A DNA stretch of 64,000 bases, taken from positions 32,001 to 96,000 of the IMG/VR virus record IMGVR_UViG_3300007539_000009; one strand, written 5' to 3'. Numbering within the stretch: position 1 is the first letter of the stretch; each line of letters begins with the position of its first letter. The stretch comes from a virus. Both the position numbers and the translations under genes were made by a program. A model generated the notes under the pieces. The model was not told the DNA's origin. It saw only the letters and a program-made list of their open reading frames with translations, and did no database searches. Shown one piece after another: positions 42,710 through 52,768 of the stretch.

Positions 42710-45700
42710 TTAGGAGTATGCGATGAACGAACCGGTGTCGCCCCAATCGTTCGCGCCCAGCGTAGCACCTGCGATGATGCTGCCGTTTGCGAACTGAAGT
42801 GCGCAAACAACTGGTGTCGCTGTGGTGAACGAAGCATCGGGGTACGTGTTGTTCACGCCCGGCTCGGGAACATTCATCGTGATCTGGATCTCGAACGGAG
42901 ACACCAGCTTAGTTACTGCAATGTTCTCGAACTTGACCCCGTAGAGGTCAGAGGCCACCGCAGTCACGGCAGGGGCCTCAGTGGTGGCAACTGCTTCGCG
43001 CAACCGCACGGTCAGCGTCACGAAACCACCTTCAGTGCCCGGGCCCACTTGCGACTGCAGCGAGCGCGCTACATCGAGCTGTGTGGCGCCTTGGGTCGGA
43101 TCGACATTCACCTTAGGACCACGAGCGTGTTGCCCGTAGCGAACAGTGGTGCCGATAGAGGTCAGTCCTCGCGCATTCCCCGCACCAGTTGCGTCCACAG
43201 CAGCCAAGTCCCACTCGCCAGCACCGTCAGGGTGCGTAGCAGGCCGGTTGAGCCATACCCGCGCTCGGAGGTTGCTGTAGGGGATTGATGCCGGAACACG
43301 CGCGATGATCTCGTCTGTGCTCTGCGTGACAATTTCTACCACCTCAATCCGATCCTCGGACAGTGCGGCGCTCAAACCAGGACCAGGCGGCGTCTCTTTG
43401 ATGTCAGAGCTGACCGAGTCATCCTCTTCACCGACGATCTCTAAGTACACACCAGGGTCGCTAGCCGGATCGCCCAGACCGCCAGGATCGACGTTGGCGC
43501 TACCCAGGTTGGTGCCCTGTATGCGTAGCAGTGCTGTCTTGTCCGTGTTCGGAACCGGCGCAACAACCGTAGCTGCGTCAGGATCAGCGAACTCGTTATA
43601 CAGCGTCAAGCCTGTGATCGTCGGATCGCCAGCCGGCTGCGAAAGGATGAACCCAAGGTTTCCTGCACGCAGCGTGTTGCCGCCAAGGTAGTTGATCGCA
43701 ACACCGAAGCTGCGGCCCGCTGTAGAGGCTGCGATGTCTACCGAGTACACCAGCTGCGTGCTGCTTGACGAGGTCAAGGTAGCACTCGAGAACGCCGTGT
43801 CGTCGCCGCTATCAAACAGCGAGTACGAGTAGTTCAGCGCACTGGCTCCTGACGGTACTGAGCCGGGAACAAGCCCGGTTCCGTAGATAGTCAGCGTTGC
43901 GCCAGTTGTGCCTTCGTACGCAGGTGTCAGCACAGCGCTGCGAACACGCGGAGCAGCGGGCTGGACGATGCGGGCTGACGTACCAGCCGTCACAGTCTGC
44001 GACAGCGTCGAGTCTGTGATCTTGGTGGTCACCAGCTTGCCTGCTTTGTTATCTGCCCAACGAACAAAGCCGCTGATACTTGACGTCGTTGCCGCTGTGA
44101 TCGTTGTTGACGCAGCCACGGTAGTACCAGTTGAGTCAACGAAGTCAACTGTCAAGTTACTGCCTGTGCCGTCTTCAGGTGCAAACCGACCAGCGATCGT
44201 GAACTCGCTGTACAACCCTTCAGCAGGTGCACCGCTGAAAGACGTCGGGTTAACCGAGCTGGTGAATGGGCCACCGCCAAATGTGGCGCCGAGCGTACCG
44301 GGGTTACTACCGCCGCCGCCAACACCTAAGGACTGGACAAACTCCAAAGCTGACAACGCCACAGTGGACGGGCCGGTACCTCCTGGCGCAGGCTGCTTGG
44401 TGATCACTAGGTCTGCCGTATCGCCGAGAGCGGCAGTGCCGTTAAGCTGAGCGGAGATTGTCCACACGTTGCCTACAGGGTTAGGCAGCACTACGAAGGA
44501 ACTGAAGTACCCGCCGCTTGTGGTGATCGTCGGAGGGCCGCCATCAAAGTTACTAGCGGCACCAATCAGGTCGATCTCAATATTGAACACCGCTCCTGGG
44601 GCAGCAGCATTCGACAGATCTAGCTCACCAGGTAAGTGGTCAGCAGCAGGCAGCACTTGAATGCTGTTGAACGTCGGATCCTGATCGAACGTGATCTGAC
44701 CGGCAGACGACACGTTAGAGTACTGGCCATCCGGGTTCCGAATGACGATGTCGAACGCACCTGTAGGAGTTACCGTTGCGAGCGTATCATCGGGGTCGAT
44801 CACATTGAGCGGAATGACCCAATCCCCTGCGCCGCCTGCGGGGATAGCCGGCGTAGCCCCGGCCACGCTGATGTACGTCGGATCCAGTCGTGTTGTTGCA
44901 GTAGTGATCGCACCTGACGTCACCACCAAGCCCGGAGCGTAGAACTCAACCGAAGCTCCGTCGACGATAGCTTCGACATTCAGCGTGATCTGGTTGTCCG
45001 CTGAGCTATCGTTCTCGATCACACCAGCTGACGCTGTGTTGATGATCGCAGGCTCTGCAGGCGTAGTGCCCGCAGCTACTTGACCAAAGTTGATTGTGAG
45101 CTCTTGGCCGGCTTGCCCTTGATCGAAGGCGAGTTTGTTTCGATACGTGACAACGATGTTCTCGCCTTCTGTCGCTGAAAGCTCTTGAAGCTCTAGGGCA
45201 AAGACCTTAGTAGCACCGGAACCATTAGCAGAGAAATCAGAGTCAGTGAGCGTTGTGCCGTTGTTAGCAAAGCCCGACACGAGATCAGCCTCAAACAACC
45301 CTGTCTGACCGGACTCCCAGTCGCTATGGGAAAGGCTCGCTAGGACTGTGACGATGTTGCCGGCTTGGGTGATCGGGTCGGTACCATCACTCGGATCGAT
45401 CAGGATGGCTCCGTTTGAACTTAGGGGCCGTGCGCTGATCTCGCTGACTAGAGCAATATCGAACGCACCGAACTCAACGTTGCTGGTCTGGTCGAAGACA
45501 CGAATGCGAAGGTCTGTTCCGCCAGTAAGAGCAGCGGTGAAGAAGTCATTGTTGATCTTCCACGTGCCCCAGAACCCGTTGTTCTCGAACCCGATAGAGT
45601 TGGGCCCTATAGCCGGGTTGAACTGAGTTGTGCCGATAGAGCCGTCAGGTAACGGCGCACCGCTAGGCACTGTGTTCGCCATCGCTGTATCCGGCATGTT

Positions 45701-48076
45701 GATTACAGCAAAGCTAGCCTGAACCTGCGCGTTAGGGTTAGCGAACACGTACGGAGCAGATACGTTAGGCGGTAGCCCGTCTGTCGGTAGAACGCTGTTT
45801 GCGTCACTGATGCTCCACACCGGTCCGTCGCCCGCTTGACTCCAGTACCCTTGGCCAACCGGCATGTCGATGCCGGAGAAACCAAACAGCACTACATCAC
45901 CTTCGGTAAGACCGTTGGTGATCGGCTCCCAGCTAGGATTAGTGGCGTAGGGGTCGTACTTGAACTTGGTCAGCGTGACCGGGTAGTCAAATGGGTTACC
46001 CTGCGCGATGCGCAAAGCTCCGGGGAACTCTGCTGACCAATCTGCAGTGTTCGTATTGAACTTGGGCGTCAGCCTAATGGTGAACGTTGCGCCTTTCGGC
46101 AGCACCGACAGCGCTGTTGTAGCTGCTGCTGAGATCAACTTTCGCTGGCTACCTGTATCGTCGATAGTGATCTCTTGATCACTGAACACGATCATGCCGC
46201 TCAGGAAGCCCAGCGCTCCCGGGCCGTTGTAGGTCGGATACAGCTGTGTGCCAGCCGGAATGAGCTGCGCGTTGGCAGAGTTCTGCATCCAGCCTTGACC
46301 GCCGCTGTAGTACAGGTCTTGATCGGTGAAGATACTGACCTGCACTAGCTGCTGGGAGTCAGCTACGTTGTTGTTAGCGTCCCACTGACCTTCGGGCAAG
46401 TTACTGCCTTCAAGTATGAGCTCGCTCAGTGCCGCAGCGCCTGCACCGATAACAGTGGCAGTTGGTACGTAAGGGATGCCTGACTGAGATGCAGCAGGCG
46501 CCGGCGGCTCGCAGAACACCGTGAATGATCGCGGCTCTGCTACGTTGGTCTCCACCACCAGGAAGCCAACATCGTTGCCGTTCTGCGCAATAACCTCAGA
46601 GTCAATGACCCACGTAGTGCCGAAGATGTTGGGGCCGTCGTAGTCAAAAGGATCGCCGACATCGAGGATGCCACCGTTGACGAACGGATCGCCTACGTCG
46701 ACGCCACCACCTGTGGTGCCAGGCGGGCAGCACGGCTCCCCACCACCTCCGGGATCAATGTCGGTCGTCGGTAGCTCGCCGGGGGTAGGCAAGAAGATGT
46801 CATCTTGCGAGGTGACCGTGACGCACCGCACGCGCATCTGGAGCGCGCTGCCTGTCCGGACGTCGTAGCCAACACCAAACCCGATGCGACCAAATTCCGG
46901 CTCAACCGGGTTGGACGTAGCGAACACCTGGTTGATGAGCTCGTCGACCTTCGAGTAGAAGCTCCGCTGCTGCGCCGTGGCGGTGCTGGCGGGGCTGCAG
47001 GTGAAGGTCGCGGCCAGTCGGTAGTTGTAGTAGTAGTGGAACGTGATCGCCGGAGTGTCGTTGTCGAGTTCCGACTCTACCTTGGCTCGTGACACCGAGA
47101 ACTCGTGACAGCCCTCGAGGAACTCTTGCGTCAAGTCACCTGAGTAGCCTGTGACCGGCGTGAACAGCGTGTCGATCGCCGTAGTCAAGTCAACAGTGAC
47201 TTGGGGCGACGGACCTGTGCTCGTGTCAACGCTGAGCTGGTAAGTTAACAGGTTGGAACCTGCGGCCTTGCTAATCAGCAGCGAAACGCCTCTTAGGGTA
47301 GGCCGGTTAACACCTCCCACCTGCGGAGTGCTCAGCAGGTCCAGGCTCAGCGTGACCGCATCACCTGTGGCCACCAGGTCCGTTGCGCCGTCACTGACGT
47401 CGTCGACTACGACAGTGACGCGCTGAACCAGGCCGTGAGGTACGTGACAATCAGCAAGCGATGTGACGGCGCCAGTAGTCGCCTCAGGCACAATCAGCTC
47501 AGCTCGAGTGCCTGCGCCGGACCCTGCGTTGTTTCGCACAGCAAACGACGGCCCGTCTGTCGTGACGTCAGTGGCCCAGCACTGGTCGCCAAGCAGCGTG
47601 CCTACGGGCCAGTTGAAGTTGTCGGTCCAAGCAACTGCCGCAGACGTGGTGGAGTTATTGAGCAGCTCCTCAGCCGCTGTTTGCGCCTGGGCGGTGACCA
47701 AGACCACGCCGCTGGACAGCTCCTGAATAGAGGTGTTCGCGAACTGGATCTCAGTGACGTTAGTGAACTCGTCACTGTTGTCGGCATTGGTGACCTTGCC
47801 CAGGGTCTCGTCGGTGAACGGACCGTGGATCGACGCATCCGCAATATGCGTATCGATCTCCGCGTGGGTGTTGGTCCCCGCGTCATTCAGATTGGCGTGG
47901 TCAATCTTCGGGCCCTGGCCGTTCACACCAGAGTGGCTGTGCCCGACCTCCCCTGCGCCAGAGAACTGATCATCAAGAATCTGGAAGTTCTCATTTACCG
48001 GGACATCCCACTCGTTTTTGTTCGAGCCTTTGTCCGGCAGGTTGAGGTTCAGGTTGTTCGACTTGGGATCAGCCAT
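42710..48076 (-). CDS. Large tail fibre / appendage protein with Ig-like (IPT/TIG-like) domains
   Basis: N-terminal NLNLNLPDKG..EWDVPVNENFQILD fibre anchor and GHSH. Repeated P.I......L.I.G..L Ig-like units in the C-terminal half. Confidence 0.7.
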   Translation of the reverse strand: MADPKSNNLNLNLPDKGSNKNEWDVPVNENFQILDDQFSGAGEVGHSHSGVNGQGPKIDHANLNDAGTNTHAEIDTHIADASIHGPFTDETLGKVTNADNSDEFTNVTEIQFANTSIQELSSGVVLVTAQAQTAAEELLNNSTTSAAVAWTDNFNWPVGTLLGDQCWATDVTTDGPSFAVRNNAGSGAGTRAELIVPEATTGAVTSLADCHVPHGLVQRVTVVVDDVSDGATDLVATGDAVTLSLDLLSTPQVGGVNRPTLRGVSLLISKAAGSNLLTYQLSVDTSTGPSPQVTVDLTTAIDTLFTPVTGYSGDLTQEFLEGCHEFSVSRAKVESELDNDTPAITFHYYYNYRLAATFTCSPASTATAQQRSFYSKVDELINQVFATSNPVEPEFGRIGFGVGYDVRTGSALQMRVRCVTVTSQDDIFLPTPGELPTTDIDPGGGGEPCCPPGTTGGGVDVGDPFVNGGILDVGDPFDYDGPNIFGTTWVIDSEVIAQNGNDVGFLVVETNVAEPRSFTVFCEPPAPAASQSGIPYVPTATVIGAGAAALSELILEGSNLPEGQWDANNNVADSQQLVQVSIFTDQDLYYSGGQGWMQNSANAQLIPAGTQLYPTYNGPGALGFLSGMIVFSDQEITIDDTGSQRKLISAAATTALSVLPKGATFTIRLTPKFNTNTADWSAEFPGALRIAQGNPFDYPVTLTKFKYDPYATNPSWEPITNGLTEGDVVLFGFSGIDMPVGQGYWSQAGDGPVWSISDANSVLPTDGLPPNVSAPYVFANPNAQVQASFAVINMPDTAMANTVPSGAPLPDGSIGTTQFNPAIGPNSIGFENNGFWGTWKINNDFFTAALTGGTDLRIRVFDQTSNVEFGAFDIALVSEISARPLSSNGAILIDPSDGTDPITQAGNIVTVLASLSHSDWESGQTGLFEADLVSGFANNGTTLTDSDFSANGSGATKVFALELQELSATEGENIVVTYRNKLAFDQGQAGQELTINFGQVAAGTTPAEPAIINTASAGVIENDSSADNQITLNVEAIVDGASVEFYAPGLVVTSGAITTATTRLDPTYISVAGATPAIPAGGAGDWVIPLNVIDPDDTLATVTPTGAFDIVIRNPDGQYSNVSSAGQITFDQDPTFNSIQVLPAADHLPGELDLSNAAAPGAVFNIEIDLIGAASNFDGGPPTITTSGGYFSSFVVLPNPVGNVWTISAQLNGTAALGDTADLVITKQPAPGGTGPSTVALSALEFVQSLGVGGGGSNPGTLGATFGGGPFTSSVNPTSFSGAPAEGLYSEFTIAGRFAPEDGTGSNLTVDFVDSTGTTVAASTTITAATTSSISGFVRWADNKAGKLVTTKITDSTLSQTVTAGTSARIVQPAAPRVRSAVLTPAYEGTTGATLTIYGTGLVPGSVPSGASALNYSYSLFDSGDDTAFSSATLTSSSSTQLVYSVDIAASTAGRSFGVAINYLGGNTLRAGNLGFILSQPAGDPTITGLTLYNEFADPDAATVVAPVPNTDKTALLRIQGTNLGSANVDPGGLGDPASDPGVYLEIVGEEDDSVSSDIKETPPGPGLSAALSEDRIEVVEIVTQSTDEIIARVPASIPYSNLRARVWLNRPATHPDGAGEWDLAAVDATGAGNARGLTSIGTTVRYGQHARGPKVNVDPTQGATQLDVARSLQSQVGPGTEGGFVTLTVRLREAVATTEAPAVTAVASDLYGVKFENIAVTKLVSPFEIQITMNVPEPGVNNTYPDASFTTATPVVCALQFANGSIIAGATLGANDWGDTGSFIAYS

Positions 48077-49023
48077 TATTCAGCCCGGCGCATGTTCTGC
48101 TGGGTTCCAGAGATACTCGAGATGTCCGCGTGCGCTGCGTCGGGCACGACGAACTTCAACGCGTAGCCAGCGGCGGCGATCTCCAGTGTGACCAACGCAC
48201 CACGGACAAGAGGAGCCGCAAAGACCCCATTCTCGTCTACCGTGGTGACGAAGGCGCGATGTTCCTTGAACAAGGATTGCCGTACCAACAGCGGAGTGTC
48301 CTTGTCGTGCACGTAAAAAAGAGGCCGTGCGATTCCATCAGACTGGCCGGTGACATCGACCAGCCGGCCGCTCACAACGCAGATAGGCTCCTCAGTGCGG
48401 TAGGCCGCGACTGTGCTGGTGAGCACCTGCGTGTCGAACTCCGCTGAGCTCGGGCTAGACAGGTCTTGCTCCAGCCGCGAGATCCGGTACTCCACGTTTT
48501 GAGCCGCGCCAGCAGTGCCGTAGTCCGTGACGTCTACGAAGACCGGCCAAACAGAGAAGCCGATGATCGTGTAGTCGGTGACCCCAGGGGCTCTGGATTC
48601 GATCTGGTAACCCGTGATGGGCACGGTGGCTGGCTCCCAGGTCACCACCGTCGATGTGGCCGGGCGTGCCTGGAGCGGGTAGAACGAGTAGGCGTTCCAG
48701 CTCGAGCCATCGGCTAAGGTCGCGTCCTGCCACGTCCAGCGAATGCTGAGCAGCGCGCCAGGGAACAGATCAGAGTCGGAGAGCTCGAGCCCTGTGACCT
48801 CGTAATACGTCCCCTCAGCGTCTGAGAGCTCCGATATCGAGGGATACGGGCTCGTGGGGCTCGAGGGAATAGGCGAGAGACCGGGCGAGTACGTACCGAA
48901 CGTAGGGGCGTACACCAGCTCGCTGAGCTGGTTGTAAACCTCTGCTTCTAAGCCATCTACGGCCTGTCCGACGCCTGCGTCGTCACGGATGCGGAGCGTA
49001 AAGCTCGGCGTAAAATCAACCAC
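48076..49023 (-). CDS. Virion protein with FN3-like domain
   Basis: VVTWEP...ITGYQIE...YTIIG...FVDVTD...EYRI FN3-like pattern; SP-rich loop; SD GAGGT. Confidence 0.6.
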   Translation of the reverse strand: MVDFTPSFTLRIRDDAGVGQAVDGLEAEVYNQLSELVYAPTFGTYSPGLSPIPSSPTSPYPSISELSDAEGTYYEVTGLELSDSDLFPGALLSIRWTWQDATLADGSSWNAYSFYPLQARPATSTVVTWEPATVPITGYQIESRAPGVTDYTIIGFSVWPVFVDVTDYGTAGAAQNVEYRISRLEQDLSSPSSAEFDTQVLTSTVAAYRTEEPICVVSGRLVDVTGQSDGIARPLFYVHDKDTPLLVRQSLFKEHRAFVTTVDENGVFAAPLVRGALVTLEIAAAGYALKFVVPDAAHADISSISGTQQNMRRAE

Positions 49024-49033
49024 TTGGTACCTC

Positions 49034-49073
49034 GGCGGGACTACACCTGAGTCTCCTCAAGTGTAGACCCGCC
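49034..49073 (-). promoter_or_regulatory. 17-bp hairpin with GAGA (GNRA) tetraloop, immediately before the SD of 48076-49023
   Basis: GGCGGG-T-CTACAC-TTGAG-GAGA-CTCAG-GTGTAG-T-CCCGCC on the minus strand. No U tract. Confidence 0.55.
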
Positions 49074-49086
49074 AAATGGCTGGCTG

Positions 49087-49332
49087 TCAATTACCGCCTA
49101 GTGGCCCCCGCACAGGAGGCATCACCAGTGCGAGCTTGACCGGCACGAACTCGATCAACGCGTGCTCGTCTTGGTAGTCGAGAGCCTCCTCTAAAGAGGC
49201 AAAGATCAGCGGTGCTGATGAACCTTCAGTGGTCACGCATTTCTCCGCGCCACGCCAGGAGATGTCTGGATAAGGCGAATGCAGTACCCAGCATTCGTAG
49301 TCAATCGTGAGCTTCTTCGTGGCGAACTTCAT
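49087..49332 (-). CDS. Small hypothetical protein
   Basis: 81 aa, last gene of the accessory cassette. Confidence 0.55.
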   Translation of the reverse strand: MKFATKKLTIDYECWVLHSPYPDISWRGAEKCVTTEGSSAPLIFASLEEALDYQDEHALIEFVPVKLALVMPPVRGPLGGN

Positions 49333-49669
49333 GCACTGTGAGTCCTGCTTGGAGTGCCTGCTTGACGCAGTTCTTGGTACCGGACCCGCCAGGGAACGCC
49401 ACGATTGTGCGCGCGATCCCTAGATCGATCATCTCCTTGTTGCGAATCGGTCCAGCCGCTCGGCCGTGCTTGTCCCAGTCCGCCGGAACGGTGAGGCAGC
49501 GCACAGCGCGATCAGCTGCCCAGACACGGGCAAGATGGTCTGCGCCTTCTGCTCCACCCTGGATAACCATGGTCGGTTTGAGGCGGTCTAGCACTTCGTA
49601 GACGCGGGTGGTGTCGCTGTAGGTGCTACCGCCAGTGACGATGACTGCGTTGTTTCCAGGGTCTTCCAT
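49301..49669 (-). CDS. SLOG-superfamily protein (DUF2493/YspA-like)
   Basis: VIVTGG..Y.D...VIQGGAEGAD.LA..WA...PADWDKHGRAAGPIRN.EM...IVAFPGGSGT is the characteristic motif series. ATG 49669 directly follows the upstream stop. Confidence 0.85.
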   Translation of the reverse strand: MEDPGNNAVIVTGGSTYSDTTRVYEVLDRLKPTMVIQGGAEGADHLARVWAADRAVRCLTVPADWDKHGRAAGPIRNKEMIDLGIARTIVAFPGGSGTKNCVKQALQAGLTVHEVRHEEAHD

Positions 49670-49670
49670 T

Positions 49671-50741
49671 TCAAGCCGGAACAAGGGACTGCTGCACGGT
49701 TTGGGGAGCGTCGAGAACAACTTCGTAGCGTTTGTTTTCGACAGTGGCGGATGAGGGTCCTACCCAGGTGTGCGCTACGAACACCTGGCGAGGCGTGCCG
49801 TCGTGGTTGCGACGATAGCGCTCATGACGAAGAGTCTTCCAGTGCGCTCTGCGCGCATGACCGTGAGTGAGCTGACGGCCAGCCTCACTCGACGCATCGA
49901 TCTTGAATGTCTCTCGGATCTGCTTTCTAGTCAAGAGGGTGTAGTTGGGGCGTTGCCACCCACGGCGGATAGCACCCTTCTTCGGCTTAGAGCCGGTAGT
50001 TGCTTGTGATTTCACCAACCACCGGTCGCCGCTGTTGAGCAGGCAAAGCTCTTCGACTGCTGTGGTAGGGTGGGTGATGAAGTCCTGCCGCGTAGGTGCC
50101 CACCTATCGTTGTCGTCCATCATCTGCTCTTCAGTCAGCGGACGATCAACAATCACGAGGTCCTTTGCGTACATCTGCATACCGAACGGGACGACGCCGA
50201 CTTTGTAGTCCGGCCCGGGGCCATCACCGTCACCTTCCGCCATGCGAAACACGCCGCTAAGGATGTAAGTAGCGCAGCCCCGCAAGTCCCTCCTGTCTGT
50301 GGTGACGCCGTACATGCGCCGAAAGTCTGCCAGGATGTCGGCATCGGCGTCTTTGTCCATGAACCCGTCACCTGTCACGGCCGGCATGAACACTGCGAAG
50401 CCGCGCACGCTGTCCGTGCCGAAGTCGCGCTTCTCTCCTTTCGCAGGAAGCATGTCACTGAGCTTGATACTGCCAGGATCCATCCCCTGACTTCGCGTAG
50501 AGATGTCAAACAGCACCACACACGATCGCCGATCCTCCACCGCTGTCACCGGAAACGGCAACGCGAACATGCTGAAGTCCTGACTGGCGAGCTCTGCCTT
50601 GTGCTTGCGCATCTCCTCGTTGGGGTCGAACTCGAAGTGAAACAGTGATGCTTTGCGCAGCAGCTGCCCGTACTGCTCATCGAGCCGAGAGTGCCATTCG
50701 CAAAGCCGACACGCCTGGTCAAAGATCGGTGTATTACTCAT
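49671..50741 (-). CDS. Phage hypothetical protein with C-terminal H.RRAHW motif
   Basis: GHARRAHWKTLR...VFVAHTWVG is a recurrent phage C-terminal motif. Start at 50741 gives an 8-nt overlap with the upstream gene. Confidence 0.7.
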   Translation of the reverse strand: MSNTPIFDQACRLCEWHSRLDEQYGQLLRKASLFHFEFDPNEEMRKHKAELASQDFSMFALPFPVTAVEDRRSCVVLFDISTRSQGMDPGSIKLSDMLPAKGEKRDFGTDSVRGFAVFMPAVTGDGFMDKDADADILADFRRMYGVTTDRRDLRGCATYILSGVFRMAEGDGDGPGPDYKVGVVPFGMQMYAKDLVIVDRPLTEEQMMDDNDRWAPTRQDFITHPTTAVEELCLLNSGDRWLVKSQATTGSKPKKGAIRRGWQRPNYTLLTRKQIRETFKIDASSEAGRQLTHGHARRAHWKTLRHERYRRNHDGTPRQVFVAHTWVGPSSATVENKRYEVVLDAPQTVQQSLVPA

Positions 50742-50925
50742 CGAGTGCCGCGCAGTCATCAAGTACTTCGGCGAACGCTAGAGCATCTGCGTACGATCCA
50801 TGTAGATTCTTTCCTTTCTGGAGCTTGGCCCAGAACTCTTGTAGTGAGTGCCGCTCGCTTTCTGTTTCGGCACAGAGGTGCAGCACCTCTTCTTCTTGCT
50901 GCTTTTGTGTGCGGATCAGCTTCAC
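50734..50925 (-). CDS. Small hypothetical protein
   Basis: SD AGGAGAGG before GTG; coupled overlaps. Confidence 0.6.
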   Translation of the reverse strand: MKLIRTQKQQEEEVLHLCAETESERHSLQEFWAKLQKGKNLHGSYADALAFAEVLDDCAALDE

Positions 50926-51125
50926 GCTAGGTCCTCTCCTCTCTCGATCTTGGTAGCGCAGCTATCGCAGTAGGCGTATTGCGGCAGCAGCTTGACTTTG
51001 CGCTGGCAGCCTTCGCAAGTCTTCTCGACTGACTCCTGAGCGACGCGGTCGTAGAACTCCTGCATGTCAGGATCGTCCATGTCAGCCCAGTGGCCGAAGT
51101 TGTCGTCGTAGTAAACGCCAGACAT
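50922..51125 (-). CDS. Small zinc-ribbon protein
   Basis: CEGC...CDSC; SD AAGGAG. Confidence 0.7.
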   Translation of the reverse strand: MSGVYYDDNFGHWADMDDPDMQEFYDRVAQESVEKTCEGCQRKVKLLPQYAYCDSCATKIERGEDLA

Positions 51126-51171
51126 GTTGCTCCTTGGTTTGTAACGAACGCGGACAAACTACTCATGACAC

Positions 51172-51208
51172 AAAAGAAGCCCGCACTACCGAAGCAGTAC
51201 GGGCTCTT
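51172..51208 (-). terminator. Intrinsic terminator
   Basis: AGCCCGTACTGC-TTCG-GTAGTGCGGGCT followed by TCTTTT on the minus strand. Confidence 0.8.
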
Positions 51209-51223
51209 ATCACAGCGTGGAAG

Positions 51224-51514
51224 TTACTCAGTGGGCGGCCAGGCGTCCGGGATCTCTACCGACTTCTGCTGCGCTTGCATCGCAGCCTGACAGTAGAGGC
51301 CGAGCGCGCGCATGATCGCAGCGCTGGTGCGCGCGTCCATCGAGATGTGAGAGCGTGTGCCTTCCGCGCTCTCGTAGACCAAGCAGATCTGCATCTCACC
51401 TTGGTCTCGATCCATGCCAACAAGCGTGTAGGCGAGATCCTCGCTCGTGATGGAATCCATGCAGAAGCCGGTGTCGATGTCGGCCTCGTCTTCAAAAGGG
51501 TATTGCATTGTCAC
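51224..51514 (-). CDS. Small acidic hypothetical protein
   Basis: 96 aa, co-oriented, ends just before the terminator. Confidence 0.55.
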   Translation of the reverse strand: MTMQYPFEDEADIDTGFCMDSITSEDLAYTLVGMDRDQGEMQICLVYESAEGTRSHISMDARTSAAIMRALGLYCQAAMQAQQKSVEIPDAWPPTE

Positions 51515-51545
51515 TCCGTGGTAGACCCCTGACGGTGAGACTATG

Positions 51546-51830
51546 TTAGCGCTCGCGTTGCGCTACCGAGCCCTTCTCCTTGATAGGTTCTTCTACTCGC
51601 ACGTAAGTGTCGAGCGTCTCTCGTATTGCGCGAACAGCGCAGTCTCTGGATGACGAGAGCCGGAACGCTGTGGTCTGTAGGAAGTCCTTGGGCCGACGGA
51701 TGCGGAACGTGACGGTGTAGTCCACCTCTGCCTCATCCTCGAGCGCATCGATGCCGTTGTGCTTGATGTCCAGCACTTCACCGGAGATGATCGTCACTTG
51801 ATGCGGCCGGCTAGGAGTCTCTTCAGTCAT
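51546..51830 (-). CDS. Small hypothetical protein
   Basis: TGATG coupling to the upstream gene. Confidence 0.6.
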   Translation of the reverse strand: MTEETPSRPHQVTIISGEVLDIKHNGIDALEDEAEVDYTVTFRIRRPKDFLQTTAFRLSSSRDCAVRAIRETLDTYVRVEEPIKEKGSVAQRER

Positions 51831-52753
51831 CAGTTCGTCGGGTAGAGAAGCTGGATCTCGTCACCAGCCTCGAGAAGACGCCGGTCTTGCGTGAACGTGA
51901 TAGACAACCCATCACCGGCGATCGTGTAGTCAATCCCACTGACCAGGGCCGCACCGTTCTGGAAGACCAGCATGGTGGCAGCCACCGTCACAGCGGGGTT
52001 GATGTCTATGGCTACATCCTGCCCTGAGCTCCCCAGGCCAAGCAAGCTCCCAGGCACACATCCTTCGATCTTGTTCCAAACCTGCCCGCTGACTGAAGAT
52101 GCGTCCAGCCGCTGGCCCAGGCTCTGCCCGATGTAGAGGAAGCCGGTGAACCAGAAGTCAGAGCCCTCCGGCACACCTACCTCGTACGGGTCGTCCTTGG
52201 TGAACACCAGGATGCCGGTGCTCGGATCCCACAGCGGACCAGCCGGGTGGTCAGGTAGCAGCTCACCACCGAAGCGAGGCGACGGTGTGCCGTACCACAG
52301 CTGCGCAGCGTATGTCTGACCTTGGCTGTTCTCTTGTGGGTTATCACCGTCCACCCACGAGTCCAAGAAGCCTACGCCTGGATCTTGTGTAGCAAGAGGC
52401 GGAGTAAGGACAGACGCGCCTGTGACAGCGATCCAGCCCCGGTTGTCGGGGACACTAGGGATCTGTACGAGCTTGAGCCCGCTGTTCGGCGGATCTGAAG
52501 TGTCGCCATAGCGCCGTACAAGCGAAGTCGTTCCTCCATTGATCAAAGCTGGCGCAGGGATCTCCAACTCCTCACCAACAGTTTGATACGCACTGACAGT
52601 TACGTGGCTAGGTAACGACGTGGTGCCACCAGCCGGCGCAGGATCCTCACCAGGGAAGAAAACCTCAGAGAGGTGCGCCTTGTTTAGCAGTCGTTTAACT
52701 GCCCATGACAGCCACGCCTCTTGCTGATTAGTAAACGTCGCCATCACAAGCAA
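51830..52753 (-). CDS. Tail/fibre-associated virion protein
   Basis: C-terminal LVFQNGAALVSGIDYTI.GD..SITF....EAGDEIQLLY beta-domain of a type seen in fibre proteins. Confidence 0.55.
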   Translation of the reverse strand: MLVMATFTNQQEAWLSWAVKRLLNKAHLSEVFFPGEDPAPAGGTTSLPSHVTVSAYQTVGEELEIPAPALINGGTTSLVRRYGDTSDPPNSGLKLVQIPSVPDNRGWIAVTGASVLTPPLATQDPGVGFLDSWVDGDNPQENSQGQTYAAQLWYGTPSPRFGGELLPDHPAGPLWDPSTGILVFTKDDPYEVGVPEGSDFWFTGFLYIGQSLGQRLDASSVSGQVWNKIEGCVPGSLLGLGSSGQDVAIDINPAVTVAATMLVFQNGAALVSGIDYTIAGDGLSITFTQDRRLLEAGDEIQLLYPTN

Positions 52754-52768
52754 TCAAATAGAGATAGC

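Noticed and set aside
49063-49090. Sigma70 promoter TTGACA...TACACT on the minus strand
   Set aside because: The spacer is 19 nt, TTGACA overlaps a stop codon by chance, and the -10 lies inside the hairpin stem.
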